IMG/VR virus record: IMGVR_UViG_3300024255_000128
Location: 1-27,299 of that record
Reading direction: 5' to 3' (one strand)
Length of the DNA: 27,299 bases
From: a virus
Lineage: Duplodnaviria > Caudoviricetes
Below are positions 26,398-27,299 of the stretch, one piece after another. Every line of letters starts with the position of its first letter. Within the stretch, counting starts at the first letter, position 1. A program made the translations under genes and the position numbers. A model generated the notes under the pieces. The model had not been told where the DNA came from. It made no database searches and saw only the letters and a list, made by a program, of their open reading frames with translations.

Positions 26398-26559
26398 ATG
26401 AAAACACCAACTTTTTACGACACAGTTAAAGGATTAGCAAAGCAATTTCCCAATAATATGGAACTGGGTAATAGTATTAGATTATTGCTTTGGAAAATAG
26501 AAGAGGCTAATCAACCTGATCCAAATCAATTAGAAATACAATTTCCAGAAGAAGTGTAA
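26398..26559 (+). CDS. Small 53-aa protein (absent from ORF track)
   Basis: MKTPTFYDTVKGLAKQFPNNMELGNSIRLLLWKIEEANQPDPNQLEIQFPEEV*; fills the gap. Confidence 0.7.
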   Translation: MKTPTFYDTVKGLAKQFPNNMELGNSIRLLLWKIEEANQPDPNQLEIQFPEEV

Positions 26560-26560
26560 T

Positions 26561-26770
26561 ATGCACGTAGAATTAACAGATAGACAAAAAGAATATGTTG
26601 AACAATATCAATATATTCTCAATAGACTCAACGAAATACAGAATGAGCTATCTTCACTGGGAACAGAGTCAACTTCTCTTATTAGTAGATTACAAGAAAT
26701 AAGAAACGCGGAATCTGTTGAATTTCCAGACGCAAACTTAATAGACACACTTAAGAAAGCCGACAAATAA
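26561..26770 (+). CDS. Small coiled-coil hypothetical protein
   Basis: Heptad-like pattern; 1 nt after the previous stop. Confidence 0.65.
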   Translation: MHVELTDRQKEYVEQYQYILNRLNEIQNELSSLGTESTSLISRLQEIRNAESVEFPDANLIDTLKKADK

Positions 26771-26782
26771 GTCGGTTTTTTT
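26756..26782 (+). terminator. Intrinsic terminator
   Basis: AAAGCCGAC-AAATAA-GTCGGTTT stem plus T tract. Confidence 0.8.
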
Positions 26783-26787
26783 ATTTA

Positions 26788-26815
26788 GAAACAAATAAGG
26801 TTATGATGATATAAC
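26788..26815 (+). promoter_or_regulatory. Putative phage promoter GAAAC-N17-TATAAC
   Basis: Right after the terminator, upstream of uvsX. Confidence 0.65.
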
Positions 26816-26837
26816 CTTAAACAAAACATTTATTTAC

Positions 26838-27299
26838 ATGGCAAAGAAAGATTTTAGTTTCGCAGACATAAATTCAGAGTTAAAGACATTGAATCCAATG
26901 GGATCAATTATGGCTGACTCTACATTTAGTGAAGTTACAGAGTGGATTGACACTGGTAATTTTCATTTAAACGCATGTGTTAGTGGTTCACTATTTGGTG
27001 GATGGCCTAACAGTAGAACATGCTCAATAGCTGGACCATCGGGTACAGGTAAAACATTCTTAGTATTAAACTCTGTTAGAAAGGCAATTGAAATGGGTTA
27101 CAACGTAATCTACTTTGATTCTGAAGCAGCTGTCGATAAAGATCAAATGGAAAAGTTTGGGATTGACGTAACAAAAGTTAATTACCAACCCATTAATACT
27201 GTTCAAGAATTTAGAACATCAGTTACTACACTTACTAGCAAAATGCAAGAAGTAAAACGTAATGGTGGAAAAACACCAAAGATCATGATGATTCTTGAT
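26838..27299 (+). CDS. uvsX: RecA/UvsX-like recombinase (truncated by window end)
   Basis: IDTGNFHLNACVSGSLFGG, Walker A GPSGTGKT, YFDSEAA, start of Walker B MMILD. Confidence 0.92.
   Translation, partial: MAKKDFSFADINSELKTLNPMGSIMADSTFSEVTEWIDTGNFHLNACVSGSLFGGWPNSRTCSIAGPSGTGKTFLVLNSVRKAIEMGYNVIYFDSEAAVDKDQMEKFGIDVTKVNYQPINTVQEFRTSVTTLTSKMQEVKRNGGKTPKIMMILD

Overview
AT-rich segment of a large T4-like (myovirus-type) dsDNA phage genome, with all credible genes on the + strand. The host is probably Bacteroidota, inferred from A-rich starts lacking Shine-Dalgarno sequences and a small outer-membrane beta-barrel gene. The order is: gp32-like SSB, primase, UvsY and UvsW; a 7.5 kb block of probable head-packaged proteins that share a T4 capsid-targeting-like motif and include a ligase-like/HIGH-nucleotidyltransferase pair; small accessory genes with an 85-bp repeated promoter; a candidate DNA hypermodification operon; a family B DNA polymerase split into two genes separated by nrdB, nrdA, an OMP and a putative sliding clamp; and the start of UvsX/RecA. 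The candidate operon is the most interesting part. It holds a DUF6378-like gene, an apparent fusion of a T4 beta-glucosyltransferase-like acceptor domain with an SGNH domain, two HhH-type amino acid:DNA transferase-like paralogues, a fold-II PLP enzyme and a gp56-like dCTP/dUTPase. A (G/T)AAAC-N17-TA(T/G)AA promoter motif occurs six times, five of them before DNA-metabolism units. All family calls come from motif recognition by eye and recalled sequences, not from database searches.
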